Shown here: positions 41,125-54,457 of the stretch, in pieces
How the letters are laid out: each line of letters begins with the position of its first letter
Position numbering within the stretch: the first letter of the stretch is position 1
NCBI GenBank assembly: GCA_964016885.1
Contig: OZ024746.1
Coordinates: forward strand, 28,582,001-28,646,000
Length of the DNA stretch: 64,000 nucleotides
Reading direction: 5' to 3'
Source of the DNA: Eledone cirrhosa
Taxonomy: Eukaryota
The notes under the pieces: model-generated
Seen by the model: the letters and a program-made list of their open reading frames with translations, nothing else
The model's database searches: none
What the model was told of the DNA's origin: nothing
Made by a program: the position numbers and the translations under genes

Positions 41125-42495
41125 TTTATAAGTGTCAGACTGATGTTACACTCATACAACAAAATACAACAGGTGTTTGCTGCAGAATGACATTTTTCAG
41201 ATGTTCCCAAAGTGTTTCTGGAGAGTGATCTGTGGGAATGATTGCATCTTCGAGCCTGAACTGAAGCACTGCTTGGATGTCAGCTTTCACTTCAGCTCAC
41301 TAAAAACTGTTAACCAGGGGGCCTCTTGTCTTTGTTTTGATTTCAAAGTGGAGCTTGACTTTGAAGCGTACGAGACAATGGTCGGTGTGACATTCCGCAC
41401 TGGGTATCTCTGTAGTAAACAAGACTTCTTTCAAGTCACACTGACGCACACGGATATAATCAATGAGATTTCAGTGTTTGGAACGAAGATGCATCCAGAT
41501 TGTTTTCAAACTGTCCTTCTGTTGGAAGATGATGTTTGTGATGACGAGTTGATGTTCTGCGCAAAAACCCCAACAGAAAGTATTCATTGTCATTGCAGGA
41601 CTCCCAACGCCAGGACTCCCAAGCATTCCCTCCCAGGTACAAAATCTCGGTCCACTCTGGCGTTGACATCACCAAGGATTATTGAACTGGAAGTAAGCTT
41701 AAAGAAGACGGAGTTACTCCTGCAGCATACACCTGATGAAGATTAGGTCCCTCTCCATATCACCTTTAGTGAAACTGAACTGAATACAGTCCATCAGTTC
41801 ACCTAATTGGGGTGCACCATCACATCAGATGCCAAGATTGACAGGGAAATCAACAACAGACTGGCAGGGGCGAGCAGTGCATTTGGCTGTACAAACACGT
41901 GTGGAAGTATAAACACCTGACGAAGGGTACCTATATCAGAGTATAGAGTGCCATAGTCGTTATCATCCTTCTATATGGCTCAGAGTCATGGGTCACTTAT
42001 TTCTACCACCTTCGACTCCTCGGGTGTTTTCACCAGTGCCGCCTCCGCACCATCCTCAACATCCACTGGAGAGAGAGATTTTGTCACCAATGTTAAAGAC
42101 CTTGAACGGGCGGAGGCCACCCACATCGAGGACATGCTGCTGAAGTCCCAACTACATTGGATAGGACGATCATCGCCTGCCCAGGATTACACTGTACAGT
42201 GAACTCTCCACTGTCAATCGTGACAGGAGTACAAAAAGGTAGCAATACAAAACTGTTTTAAACAATCCCTTGGTGCCTGTCACATCGACCATCAACAGTA
42301 GTCCACCCAAGCCGAGAAGATTGACACCTGTCTCCTACTTCGAAAGCACCCGCCAGAAGGCACATGAGAAAGAACCACAACACTAAGTCATTAAATTCTG
42401 ACCAGATCTTCAACTACAGCCGCTGCGACCTTGTCTCTCTGCTCACATTAGTCTGAACAGCCACTCCGTTCATAATTAACGTTCGCGAAGCAAAC
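41125..42495. mobile_element. RTE (BovB-like) LINE remnant with the APE part inverted relative to the RT C-terminus
   Basis: Minus 41125-41670: SCNDN..LLGFCAEHQLVITN..WMH.RSKH..LIDY..TDH. Plus 41675-42495: LEVSLKKTE..LGCTI..ASSAFG..LLYGSESW..FHQCRLRTILNIHW..QLHWIG. Confidence 0.85.
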
Positions 42496-42572
42496 GCGTA
42501 TATGTATGTATACATGTACGCATATAATATACACGCACACATACACACGCGTGTGCACCAACATGCACATTC

Positions 42573-42607
<35 letters not shown>

Positions 42608-42801
42608 AGTATGTATACGTACATACATATATGTATACAGACGTACAGTAGTATGTATATATATATACATACATGCACACATATATATATGCACGTATGG
42701 ATTTACCGAACATTTATTATAATGCTCGGTTTGTTTGTAAACAAACATCCCAAATTAAGCCGTACAGTGTTAGGCAACCATCGTTGCCCCTTTGTTTAAC
42801 A

Positions 42802-42869
42802 CTGACAAAGGAACGATGTACTAGTTTCAAGTTTATTAGCTATCGTCAGCACTGTATACCTTCCTGCCA
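42802..42869 (-). ncRNA. Type I minimal HHR (family A)
   Basis: CAGTG-CTGACGA-TAGCTAATAAACTT-GAAA-CTAG-TA-CATCG. Confidence 0.75.
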
Positions 42870-43105
42870 AATGATTGAACGTCTGAAAGTATATACTTTC
42901 ATTATGCATATTAAAGGCTGAGCAGCCTAATTTGCATATCGAGTGAGTAACAGCCGTACTACGAGTGAATAATGAAATTTCGTTTCATTTTTTTCCATTT
43001 ATCGTTTTCCGTGCGCCCGGCCAATTAACTCACTCGATATGCAAATTAGGCTGCTCAGCCGTTAATATCCATAAGGAAAGTATATACTTTCAGACGTTCA
43101 ATCAT

Positions 43106-43174
43106 CTGGCAGGAAGGTATACGGTGCTGACGATAGCTTATAAGCTTGAAACTAGTACATCGTTCCTTTGTCAG
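43106..43174 (+). ncRNA. Type I minimal HHR (family A)
   Basis: CGGTG-CTGACGA-TAGCTTATAAGCTT-GAAA-CTAG-TA-CATCG with extended stem I. Confidence 0.8.
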
Positions 43175-43992
43175 TATTGAACAAAAGGGCAACGATGGTT
43201 GCTAAACACTGTACGGCTTATTTCGGGATGTTTGTTTACAAACAAACCGAGCATTATAATAAATGTTCGGTAAATCCATACGTACATATATATATGTGTA
43301 CATGTATGTATATATATACATACTACTGTACGTATGTATCCATATATATATATGTACGTATACATACTTATATTTAAGTAACAGCCGTACTAAGAGTGAG
43401 AAATGAAATTTCGTTTCATTTTATCCATTTATATATATATATATATTTATTTATTTATTTATTTATTTATTTATATACAGGGCACCAGACTGAGAACGTT
43501 TCAATTGATATATATGTTAATTACGTGGCGAAAATTTGTGATAGTCAACAATATTTTTGATTAAAGATACGCCATTGTTATATAATATCGTGAAATGAGT
43601 TAAATATCAATGTCCCTCAAGAATAGACTAATCTAGAAAATATGAACATAAATTCATTGTTTGTTTCAAAACTCTTTAATTTAAATTCATATATTTTTCT
43701 GTTTCTTTTATCATCATTATTTGAAAATATAAACTTTTAGATCATTAGATTTTTAAACTTTTGAAATTAAAATGAATACAATGTGTAGTAAATTAACCTA
43801 ACACGCAATAAATGTTTGCTCAGCAATTTATAAAATTCAGAAAAATATAAAATAACTTAGAGAAAAACAAACCAAACTAATATTTTCAGTTCTAATACAG
43901 GAGAACCTTAACAGTATGAATTGTATGAATAGTATAAACACTTTCTATTTAATCTTCTTAGAAACAATATGCATTTTGAATATATTTATATA

Positions 43993-44295
43993 ATGGAATG
44001 GTCTTCCATTGCTTTCGACGATGAGTGTCCAGTTGTTCAATGAACCGAATATATCTCTCACAAAATTAAGGAACAACTAGCAGTGTATTCCACTGACACG
44101 TGTATCCTTTATTTAAATATCAGGGAGATTCATCGTGAAACAATATAGTTATTATTATTATATAATTGAATGGAATGGACTTCCACCTGTTCAATGAACG
44201 GGACAGTATGCCAATGAAATTTGCTTGCAACTGACTGCGCATTCCACAGACACGTGCATTTAACGTATTTCTCAGGAGGATTCAACGTGACACAA
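43993..44295. repeat. Two tandem copies of a dispersed SINE-like repeat (also 35790-36000 inverted and 60040-60375 in tandem)
   Basis: Shared core TATTCCACAGACACGTGTACCCTTAACGTAGTTCTC..GATTCAGCGTGAC. Confidence 0.65.
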
Positions 44296-44530
44296 TCTCC
44301 CTCTTCTTGCTAGCCGGTTTCAACGCGGGCTACAGCGGCAAAATGCCTCCACCACATATCTTGTCCAGCATCATCGTCTTGAGGTTCTAGATGCAGGCCA
44401 GGCTTTGATCAGATTGTCGATGTAGGTGTATCAGCGTTTTCCTTTCCTTACAACACCATGAAATGGGTTCCAAAGGACTAACTTGGATGCTTCTAGTTCA
44501 GGGTGCCACACACAATGACCAGATATGTAA
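44296..44530 (-). mobile_element. RTE LINE 3' remnant
   Basis: Translates to SKLVLWNPFHGVVRKGKR.YTYIDNL. Confidence 0.55.
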
Positions 44531-45759
44531 AGTTTTGTGGCCTAGGCCTCTGTGCAAAATAGGACTTGGCACTGACGGTCTGCTTATCTTCCATCGTCTC
44601 CAACTACACCCTCATCAACAAAGTTTTCCGCAAGATATCGTAAACAGACCGGTAACTCTAGTTAGCCCAGGCCGTTTGAGTCAACGATGGCCTCACCATC
44701 CCCCAGTAATCAAATCACCAACACAAGTGGGACGACATCAATTGCAGTTCAAATGTCATGTGGATTGAGTCTTCCTTGAACCAACAGCATCTCATCTACC
44801 TCCGTTCTGTCACGTTAGCCAAACAGTGGTGCGTGACACAATTCAGTGGCCTCCTCATTAACTGGTAGTCTTATTGATGATGAGTGCAGGCGCTTCGGAG
44901 TGGCCCATATCTGTCTTCTCACGTATATGAACAACACAAATGCTCTTGTGAAAGCATGGTCGACGAGTTCAGACTACCACTCACTTTCCTGTCACCACAC
45001 TACAAGTCAGTTCCCTTGACAAATCGCCCTGAACGACGTCATCAGACGGACACGTTACATCACTGGTTTCAAAGAATTTACACTCCACTATTTGAAAAAA
45101 ATCATTCATATTGTATTTTGGAAATCATAAATGTAATATACACTTGTATAACCATTATGAAATAGTAATATTTATATGACGTAAAATTATTACATGTCTT
45201 TATATATCATATCTATATGTAGTATTTATTAAATATATCTATATGTAATAATTATGAAACATAGTATCTGCATGTGGTCTTTATGAAATATGATATCTAT
45301 GTATTCTTCATGAAATATAATATTTATATAATATTTACATGTAAACTAGAATATCAATATGTAATCTTTATGAAATTATAATTATCAGAATGCACCTGAG
45401 TTTTCCTGATGCTATTTTCTCGTTTATAAATAAGACATATTTGATTTTGACGGACGAAAATATTTTACTAACCTTTCAAAATAATGTAGATGCCTATGTC
45501 ATCTATAGCCTTCTATATGTGCGTGTATAGATATAAGGAAAATATAGAATGTATCGTGCATAAAATGGTTGTTTGCACCATTATAAATAACAAGCAAGTC
45601 TTCCTCAGATCAGGAAAGAAAGGATATGCTGGAGAATATAGTTGTTCAGAGAATTCGCTTTTCAAAAATGCTAAATAGTCAGGGTTGAAATCATGACTCT
45701 AAGTGTGTTTAATCATTGCTAACATGGAGCTAAACACCCCTACCTACATCTTTCTTTCT

Positions 45760-46380
45760 TGTCTTTGTCTACACTATCCGGTAAATTGGTTTTGATCTCC
45801 CTGTTTGTATTTATTGGCATATCCCACTGAATGGTTATTTTATCATTCTATGACAAAGTTTTTGCTGTGGGTTTGTACCATTTGTTTTTCTGATGGTATT
45901 TCGTAGTGTTAGCATAATTTCCGCTGTATATAAATCCCAACTCCCTCATGCCTATGGATATATATAATTTTCTGTTAGAGCAAAGACTGGACAGCCAGAG
46001 ACAATGTAGTTAATCACCATATATTCTGCAGTTACTGCGTTTTGCTTCTTTGCGTATGTTTTGGTGGTTTCTGGTGGAGAGACTTTGATCTTGTGCTTCA
46101 ATTAGAAACCCTTCATCTCGGTTTTTAGACCAGTGATTCGTAAGCAATTTTGTGAAATTTGTTTGTCCACTTCCTCCCTATTCATTTTTTCTTTCGAATA
46201 TAGGCCACGTAAGGTATTTTTCTTGCCATCATTACATCATTTCATTCTAGAGATCGGCTTTCAATTTAGATTTTATCTTTTTCACATTTTCTGTTGTAGT
46301 TTTTTTTGTCGTTTCCTCATTTTCCTCATAATTATCGGTCAATTCAGCTTCTGTTTTGAACTTTTATTCCATCGAAAGAA
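45760..46380 (-). mobile_element. R4/Dong-like non-LTR remnant (CCHC region and start of REL domain)
   Basis: GLKTE.EGFLIEAQDQSLSTRN..CRI..IVSGCPVFA..HRH..KWY..IQWDMPINTNREIKTNLPD. Confidence 0.8.
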
Positions 46381-46593
46381 ATGATTATTGTTTTCGTTGT
46401 TGTTCTTGCTGCTGCTGTTTTTATCATTATTCTTATTGTTTGACATCTGTTCTGTTTTCCAATAAGCTCTCATATGTACATATATGTCAGTGGCAACATT
46501 TACGATGATTCTGTTACTTCTATAACATATATTTACCATACTATGTATTTATTTCTTTACCTTTTCATTTATTATTATCATTATCATTCTTAA

Positions 46594-46792
46594 TGGCGGT
46601 GGATTGGCAGTATCTGTAGAGAGTCGGACACCATGCTTTGCAGCATAGAGTTACACCCCTTTACGTTCTGAGTTCAAATCCCGTCCAGGTTAACTTTGCT
46701 TTTCATCCTTACGGGGTCGATAAAATAAAGCACCAGTCACGACTTTCCCGTCCCCGAAAATTGCTGACCTTGTGCTTATATAAGAAACCATT
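46594..46792 (+). mobile_element. tRNA-derived SINE with (ATT)n tail
   Basis: Family match. Confidence 0.85.
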
Positions 46793-47704
46793 ATTATTAT
46801 TATTATTCACTCATGGGTGACACGCCCCCTCCCCTTCCTATTGGGGAATTTCCATTGTTGTAATTCTTTTGTTCATTGTTATTTGCTTGTTAATTATTTC
46901 TACTTGGTTTCAGTGTAAACCCCCACTGTTGACCCCCTTTTTGTTGGCCCTTGTCGCAAATAAAAAGAAATAATAATAATAATTATTATTATTATTTGTT
47001 TCGGTATTATCTTATTTTCTCGTGGATTATATTTCCTTGCTAGCATTTTCCCCGTTATTAAAAAAAAAAACCTGTTCAACGACAATGATAAATAAGTAAT
47101 TCTTTAAGACATATTGAAGAATTCTCACAAGTTTGAAATATTCTCAATCTTGAGATTTCAGTAGAGTGAAACACAAGGAGTTAACACAGCAATTCTCTGA
47201 AGAAACACCTCTTCAATCACACAATTCTGTAAATAATTACATTTATTCAAATTACTTGGAGTAAGAGAAATGAGATGTTTACAATCCTATCTCTAAATAA
47301 TAATGGTATCATTACAATGTACATATTCAGTAACAATGTGAAGTAGAAAATATGATTCTACTGGGAATTAAACTGGAAAGAAGTTTATTTTTTACATCAG
47401 AACAACTAATAACATGATAGAATAAAAGAATTTCTATGGATTTATATGTTACCTACCTGCGAATTTAGAATGTAAAAAAATTTCTCTCTTAAATTACGTA
47501 AATTACATTTTACACTTTTACATATTTTACATAAAATTACATTCGTGAAAATGAAAGTTTGTAAAAATGCGTTTATTCTACATAAATCTTTTGTATATAT
47601 TCTACATAAACCTTTCGTTTTTACCCTTATTAAGGACAACGCTATGTTAGTGATACCGCCAATGAATTATAACCAACCAACAAATGTCCAATACGCAAAA
47701 TCTA

Positions 47705-48030
47705 TATAGGCTTCGGCGTAGAGAATTTTGTTTCTAACAATGTCAAGAGGTTTGATATCTTTTATCCTCTTAGCATTCGGGTGTGGCAACAATCTAAAGC
47801 TTTGGTGATAGGTACTGTCATCGACCATGATTCACAGGAATACAATAAGATTGATTCCACTGTAGCTTTGAAATAATCTAACTTTTGTTTTAGTGGCTAT
47901 GTTAGATTTCCAACCCGTATCTATCTCGTTCACAGCAGACCATGCTTGTGGAATCTCGTTGTTTATTTCATTTGACTAATTGGTCTACATGCCAAGGTAT
48001 TTGAAATCATTTACGATTGAATCCAGGAAT
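47705..48030 (-). mobile_element. Old RTE LINE remnant (RT C-terminus)
   Basis: VNDFKYLG..AWSA..WKSNI..K.RLF.ATVESILLYSCESW..LDCCHTRMLR. Confidence 0.7.
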
Positions 48031-49514
48031 GTGTAATTGGAAGTGAAATGAGAACTGCTACAAGATTATAGATCAAGTAATAGTGTCGAACATGAGAGAG
48101 AAAAGAGATCGCAGGTTTCTGGTTTTGCGGGAGTAAGGGGCGAGGGTGTGTTTGTGTGCCACTTCATAGCGAATATATCGAGTAGCACACACACCTTTTG
48201 GAGGCAGTTTTGATGTGGTCGAAAATGTCTATTAATGTAACTGAAAACCCGTCTTAGACGTGGGTTGCGTATTCCATTGCGTGCGTAGTATTACCTAATC
48301 TTTTTAGACGGATTGCATTTTTGAAAATCTGTAATATATTTTCTGGCTGCAGATCAAGCCCTCTGCGTGTGCATATATATATATGTTTGTATGTACGTAT
48401 GTATATATATATATCTATATATATATATATATATAAATATATATATACATACACATACACAAAGGTATATATTGTTTTATGTTTTTACACACTTTTCGTC
48501 CATAACCTGAGCTAACATTCTTGGCTCAACAGGTGTTTATTTTCACAGTATTGCTGATTTTATTGGCGAGAGCATCTAGTAAACACACCATCAAGCTATT
48601 ATTTTCTCGACAGAAGAACAACTTAAAAATATATTTCAATTTGGTGCCAGTAATCCTGGCAATAATATACACTAATGATACAAAGCTTCATTTAAGTATC
48701 TCTTTCTTTCTAAGTGTACAAAATAGAAAGCAAGTGTAAAAGACAATATGTTGGGATTACTAAATAAAAAATGAATGTCTCAAATTGGTGTTTGTAGCAT
48801 CTAATAAAGATGACAAATTTGCAGAGTCGTTAGAATGTCGGATAAAAATGTTTCAAATTGTTGCTGTTATTTAAAGAATAATATTTAACAGAATGAGCTC
48901 CGACATATCTAAATACCCAAGACATAAAAGTATATCATTCCAGCGCCCCTACGACTCCAGGAACAGTTAAAAGAGAATACCATGCCATGTTAGAGATAAT
49001 ATTTCTTTCGTATGAAAAGTGAAGGTACGTGGCTTAGCGGTTAGAGTGTTCGGCTCAAGATCATAAAGTACATTTCGTACATTGTGTCGTTGAGAAATTC
49101 ATTTCATTCCACGTTTCTCTAATTAAGAAGGGATAATTCTGGGATGGTTTGTTGTCTTATCATGGGTACGTGTTTAACAGTCGTTTAACCTGAAAGAATA
49201 CGGGATAACCAGACTTCATCTTGCCCTGATATATGAAGACAAAGATTCACAATCAGTTATGTTTAGGACCATGTACATGAGGAAATTCTTCATTCAGAAC
49301 CATCTATAATCGTTGTAATGCCAGGTCCTGGTTAAAAGAACCCTTGTTTTATTCTTGTTTTCTTTTACTGGATTCAGTCATTAAACTGTGGCAATACTAG
49401 GGTATCGCCTTCGTTTAGCCGATGAGATTGACCCCCAGAACATATTTATTCGAAATCACGTATTCGTGTTATAGATTCCATTTTTGTTGATATAAGCAAA
49501 CAGCAAACAGAAAC

Positions 49515-49770
49515 AGATGCCCCTCTGCATCGTCCAAGGTGAGCTCAAGCCTCCGGAGATCTTCCCTGGTGATATCCAGCCATGTGGTGTGGTGCCTGCC
49601 GGAAGGCTTCTTCCAGCCTGCAGCCGCTGCGTCGAACGGGAGTAAGGCCCGGGTAGGTTGATCTGGTGGAAAGCGGTGGATATGTCTGTACCAGCGCATG
49701 CGGCGGATAACTATGAGACGGGAAGCTGTGGGCTAGTGATATGTCTGCTAAATTTGAATTCCAATCCCAC
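49515..49770 (-). mobile_element. RTE-like LINE 3' fragment
   Basis: RMRWYRHIHR..GWKKPSGR..TTWLDITREDL. Confidence 0.7.
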
Positions 49771-50463
49771 TGGTCTGCTTGCAATCAGTTTCTATCTACT
49801 CACAGAGCAATGCGTGGAACGATCCGGAGATTTGGTAAATAAGACTTCTCAATATCACGCACTGGTAACGAACCGAAACTAGGAAACCACCTAGTTATGA
49901 ATTGAACTGCTTAACCACCCAGCCATGTCTCTGTACAACGTTTAAAATATTCCTATCGTAGCTCTGTTACTTACACTGATGCGGACAGATACTAATAAGT
50001 TTTAAGCTATCGACAAAAGAGAGCCATAGAAAATATTTCTTTTGTAGTTTTATTCTAACTAGTTTGTAAATATAGAAATCTTCAGACTGGGATTATTCTG
50101 TCTTTATTTCAAACATTGGAACACTTACTTCCTCTGATCTCACTAGTTGTCTGCCGTCTCATAGAATTCAGCTCGATAGAAATAATGTTTACACCAAGAG
50201 ATCAAAATCAAATGTTCGCCTGAGTTAGTCACTTAAAATGAAGTTAGATCTATTTTAAATATTATTAAAATATTTTAGCCGTCATTTGCGAAAATTATTT
50301 ATGTACTGATTAAATTACTTTCTACACTAGGAAAGTTTTCTACTTAGAAATTCATTAATAATATAAAATACATCATATATATATATATATACGCGTATGC
50401 ACGCAAAATCACAAACACATTCGAGCGTACACACATGCACACACACACACATAATACCTACAT

Positions 50464-50641
<178 letters not shown>

Positions 50642-52185
50642 CATACATTGATTTGATAGTCTGTTTGTATTAGATTTAAAACTAACGCAATTCTATATAG
50701 GATAATTTTACTAGTAATAACTTTATGAATAGATAAATATTTACGTTTAAGAACATCAAACATAAACATGAAAGTTGCAATATTTTATTAGGAATTTCTC
50801 AACAAACTTTAAAAAAAAACAGACTATTTTCTGGTTGGATGTTATTTTCGTACTTTTCCTGGATGTTAATATCTAAACAAAGAGCCATACCCATAGCTTT
50901 CCTGAATTAGGTACTTGGAGGTAATTTTGTGGTCCTACGGTGGGATTCCAGGTTAATTTGGCTACTAATTTTACTAGCCCGATTGACTAGGTATGTTTTC
51001 TCATCTGTATGTGTGTGTGTGTGTTTGTGTATGTGTATGTGTTTGTGCATGTGTGTGTTGCGTGGTTGCGAGTATAGGTGTATTTGTGTGTAAGGGTCTG
51101 TGCAAGTGTCTGTGTGAGTGTATGTCTGTGTATGCGTTTGCGTGAGTCTCTGTGTGTATACAGTTTTGTGTATATGTGTCTCTATGTCTGTTTGTGCCTC
51201 TGTGTGTGTGTGTATGTGTATGTATGTGTGTATGTCTGCGTATATATATATATATGTGTGTGTGTGTATGTGTGTGTATAGTGAATAAAACATAGTTGAA
51301 TGGTTATGAAGTTTGCTTCGTAATGAAAAAGTTTCGATTTCTAAGGTAAATAAGACTTACCTAATATGTTACAGCGGGGCAAAATAAGCAACGTCTCAAG
51401 ACGACTGAAGCTTTGGAAAGGAATCTGGCTTGACAGAAATTGCCTGGGGGTGCGTTTGAGAGACTGTACATGTAAATCAAATGACCAGCCTTGTCAATGC
51501 TAATGTGATAATGAATTTTTCTGAGAGATTATGTGAAGGGTTATGATTCTGTGAAATACTCAAACACTTAGACATATAATACAATATGAACTGTACCTGT
51601 AATTCAAAGGGCCAGGCTTGTAACACCTTGTGTAATGCTGACTTACCCGAACAGGCTATTCCGTTCTTCATATACCTGGAACCTTCAACGTCGAGACCGA
51701 CGGTGTCCTTTAAATACCATCTGTGAACATTTATGTATATCTGTCTATTGGTTTGTTCTTATATAAAAATATGTAAATAAATAGAAAGGTATCAATGTAC
51801 AGTGTTTGAATAAATAATTCTGTTAATAAATAACCATTTATTCTCCATAAGTTCAATCATAAATCCCAGAAGGAAAGCTGCCCAATATATGACGACTGCC
51901 ATAATTTAAAATGATAGGTATTGGTGACTAAATGGTCCTAGGGAGGCGAAACAATATAATAAATCGCCATCTCCTTGGCTCTCTTTTGAGAGAGTTGGGG
52001 GTGACACTTTTTCGTGCTTTTAAACGTATTATGTGTCAAGCAGACCGGTCAGTATGAAACAGTGTTTTAAAATATAGCCTCAGGTTGACCAAAGACTTGT
52101 TATTGGAATTCAGTAGACGGAAAATACAGGAGCACGTCACTTGTATATATAAATATATGTTTGTGTGTCTGTATTATAATATAAT

Positions 52186-52322
52186 TATTTCTACTTTTGG
52201 CACAAGGCCAGCAATTATCCTAGTACATTACTAGTACTTTATTTTATCTACCCCGTAAGGATGAAAGGCAAAGTTAACCTCGGCAGGATTTGAACTCAGA
52301 ATGGCAAGGGCCGTAACTCCAT
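52186..52322 (-). mobile_element. 5'-truncated SINE
   Basis: 19-bp TSD GTCTGTATTATAATATAAT. Confidence 0.85.
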
Positions 52323-52359
52323 GCGTCTGTATTATAATATAATAAAATATAATATTATA

Positions 52360-52419
<60 letters not shown>

Positions 52420-52553
52420 TATTAAATTGTTAAACAATATTCGATGATTATGTCAAAGAATGATTTTTACAGTAGATTGGAAGCACTCAACGAGAAAATA
52501 ATTTTCAGGAGTTATTAATATAAGTATTAATAAAATAGATGTTCTTTTGATCA

Positions 52554-52616
52554 ATTACATTTTATTATACATATTTCGGATGTACAACAGTACGTCCTCA
52601 TCAGACAAAATATAAT
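52554..52616 (-). ncRNA. Type I minimal HHR (family C, left arm)
   Basis: Exact reverse complement of 54718-54780. Confidence 0.8.
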
Positions 52617-52621
52617 GATAC

Positions 52622-54166
52622 ATGACATACAATTCCATAACAACTATGGAATTTACACCTGCAATGTTGCGACGTCACCTTAAGAATAAGCGCAACTATG
52701 CCTACCCTGGTCTTGATGGTGTTACATACCTGCTTCTCAAACGTGGCGGTGATTTCCTTTTGCGCCAGCTTTCTTTTTTCTTTCAATACTGTCTCAGCAA
52801 TGGTGCTACTCCGGAGCAGTGGAAAACTGCCAGTGTCATTCCCCTGTTCAAAAAGGGCAACCGCATGTCACCTGTCAACTATCGTCCAGTCAGTCTTACT
52901 AGCTGTATGGCCAAACTGATGGAATCCTGTGTCAGAGAAACACTTTGGAACTTCTGGAGCTCTCACAGCCTCATCCGGCCCTCACAGTTTGGATTTATCC
53001 CTAACTCCAGCTGCTGTGATCAGCTTATCGAGTTCCTTGAGGACATCACCCGGATCACTGACAGCGGCTCATGGGTGGATGTTGTTTACCTTGACTTTGC
53101 TAAGGCTTTTAATTCTGTGCCACACAAAAGACTTATGGCAAAACTCTCTGCAATGGGTGTGAGGGATGATCTTTTCGACTGGCTGAAATCCTTCATTCTC
53201 AGCCGAAAGGAAGTAGTCACGGTTCTAGGACAGCATTCTTCACCATATGAGATGTCATCTGGTGTACCACAGGGATCTGTTCTTGGTCCTCTTTTGTTTG
53301 TGGCATATATTAATGACATAGATGCCAACTTACAGAATGCCACGGTACTAAAATATGCAGATGACATCAAGCTGTACCTTGAAATCAAAAGGACTGATCC
53401 TGAAATTTACAACTCTTTCCTACAGTCAGACCTGGACACAATGCAGCAATGGATCACAGACTGGCAACTGAAGCTGGCTGTGGACAAGTGTACCACCATG
53501 CATTTTGGAAGGAAAAATCCAGCGTTCACATACTCCCTCCACAACACTGACATCAAAAAGTCCTCTTGTGAACGTGACCTGGGCATTACTGTCAGCAACG
53601 ATTTGCGTTGGACAAAGCATGTCTCTAAGATTGTCAAGAAGGCCGAGGGTGTCTTGGCATCACTCAGCAAGACCTTTGTTAGCCGCTCTCCAGCCATCTA
53701 TTTAAAACTGTATACAGCTATGGTGCGACCACACTTGGAATTCGCATCATCAGTCTGGAACCCCTATCTTGCTCGGAACATTGACCTCCTGGAAACTGTT
53801 CAGAGACGTGCAACCAAGCGCATACCCTCCATCAGACACCTACCATACTCTGAACGCCTTGCTTCCCTGGGCATGGATTCATTGAAGCTCCGACGTCTGG
53901 CAATGGACTTGGTGAATACCCACAAAGTTTTTAACCATCTCGCCAACTGCAACCCTGAGCACCTCTTTGATCTCCATGTGTCTAACCCACGTGGACATGC
54001 CTACAAGATAAGAAAACAGCACAGCTCCCATGACTTTCGCAGACATTTTTTCACGCTCAGAGTTGCTGAAGCATGGAACAAACTGCCTGCGTCAATTGTT
54101 AGCTGCCGAGACACTGCATCCTTTAAGACACTCATGCTTCCCGAAATACGCCAAAACTACACCTGA
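52622..54166 (+). CDS. CR1-like reverse transcriptase, uninterrupted 514-codon ORF (the ATG comes from the flank)
   Basis: PGLDG, NYRPVSLTS, QFGF, YLDFAKAFNSVPH, GVPQGSVLGPLLF, YADD, ERDLGI, VRPHLE, VQRRATK, RGH. Confidence 0.92.
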   Translation: MTYNSITTMEFTPAMLRRHLKNKRNYAYPGLDGVTYLLLKRGGDFLLRQLSFFFQYCLSNGATPEQWKTASVIPLFKKGNRMSPVNYRPVSLTSCMAKLMESCVRETLWNFWSSHSLIRPSQFGFIPNSSCCDQLIEFLEDITRITDSGSWVDVVYLDFAKAFNSVPHKRLMAKLSAMGVRDDLFDWLKSFILSRKEVVTVLGQHSSPYEMSSGVPQGSVLGPLLFVAYINDIDANLQNATVLKYADDIKLYLEIKRTDPEIYNSFLQSDLDTMQQWITDWQLKLAVDKCTTMHFGRKNPAFTYSLHNTDIKKSSCERDLGITVSNDLRWTKHVSKIVKKAEGVLASLSKTFVSRSPAIYLKLYTAMVRPHLEFASSVWNPYLARNIDLLETVQRRATKRIPSIRHLPYSERLASLGMDSLKLRRLAMDLVNTHKVFNHLANCNPEHLFDLHVSNPRGHAYKIRKQHSSHDFRRHFFTLRVAEAWNKLPASIVSCRDTASFKTLMLPEIRQNYT

Positions 54167-54457
54167 TGTACCCCTTCCATACACATGCACACATGTGTGT
54201 ATCATGACTCGTGCACTGTTCATTTTACTGATGTTTGTGCATTGCCCTATGTACTGTACATGCACTTTTTTGATGAGTTGTGGTGCACCTGGGCACTGTA
54301 CACAATATTTCATTATTGTTATTGTTATTATATCATGACTCATACACTGTTTATTTTCCTGACATTTGTACATTATTCTATGTACTATACATGCACCTTT
54401 GATGAGTTGTAGTGCACCTGAGCACTGTACACAATAATTTCATTATTATTATTATTA
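52631..54457 (+). mobile_element. 5'-truncated CR1-like LINE with duplicated 3' UTR and (ATT)n tail
   Basis: RT ORF followed by 3' UTR units at 54201 and 54332, each ending in ATT repeats. Confidence 0.9.

Larger units (their letters stand above)
42605..43432. mobile_element. Family A fold-back element with two HHRs; sense arm is more than one monomer (431-nt period)
   Basis: Inverted arms 42605-42948 and 43028-43372. AGTAACAGCCGTACT...CCATTTA occurs as a direct repeat at 42946 and 43377. Confidence 0.9.

Noticed and set aside
41177-41746. 189-aa plus-strand ORF as a host gene
   Set aside because: It is the antisense of an RTE endonuclease remnant running into the inverted RT piece.
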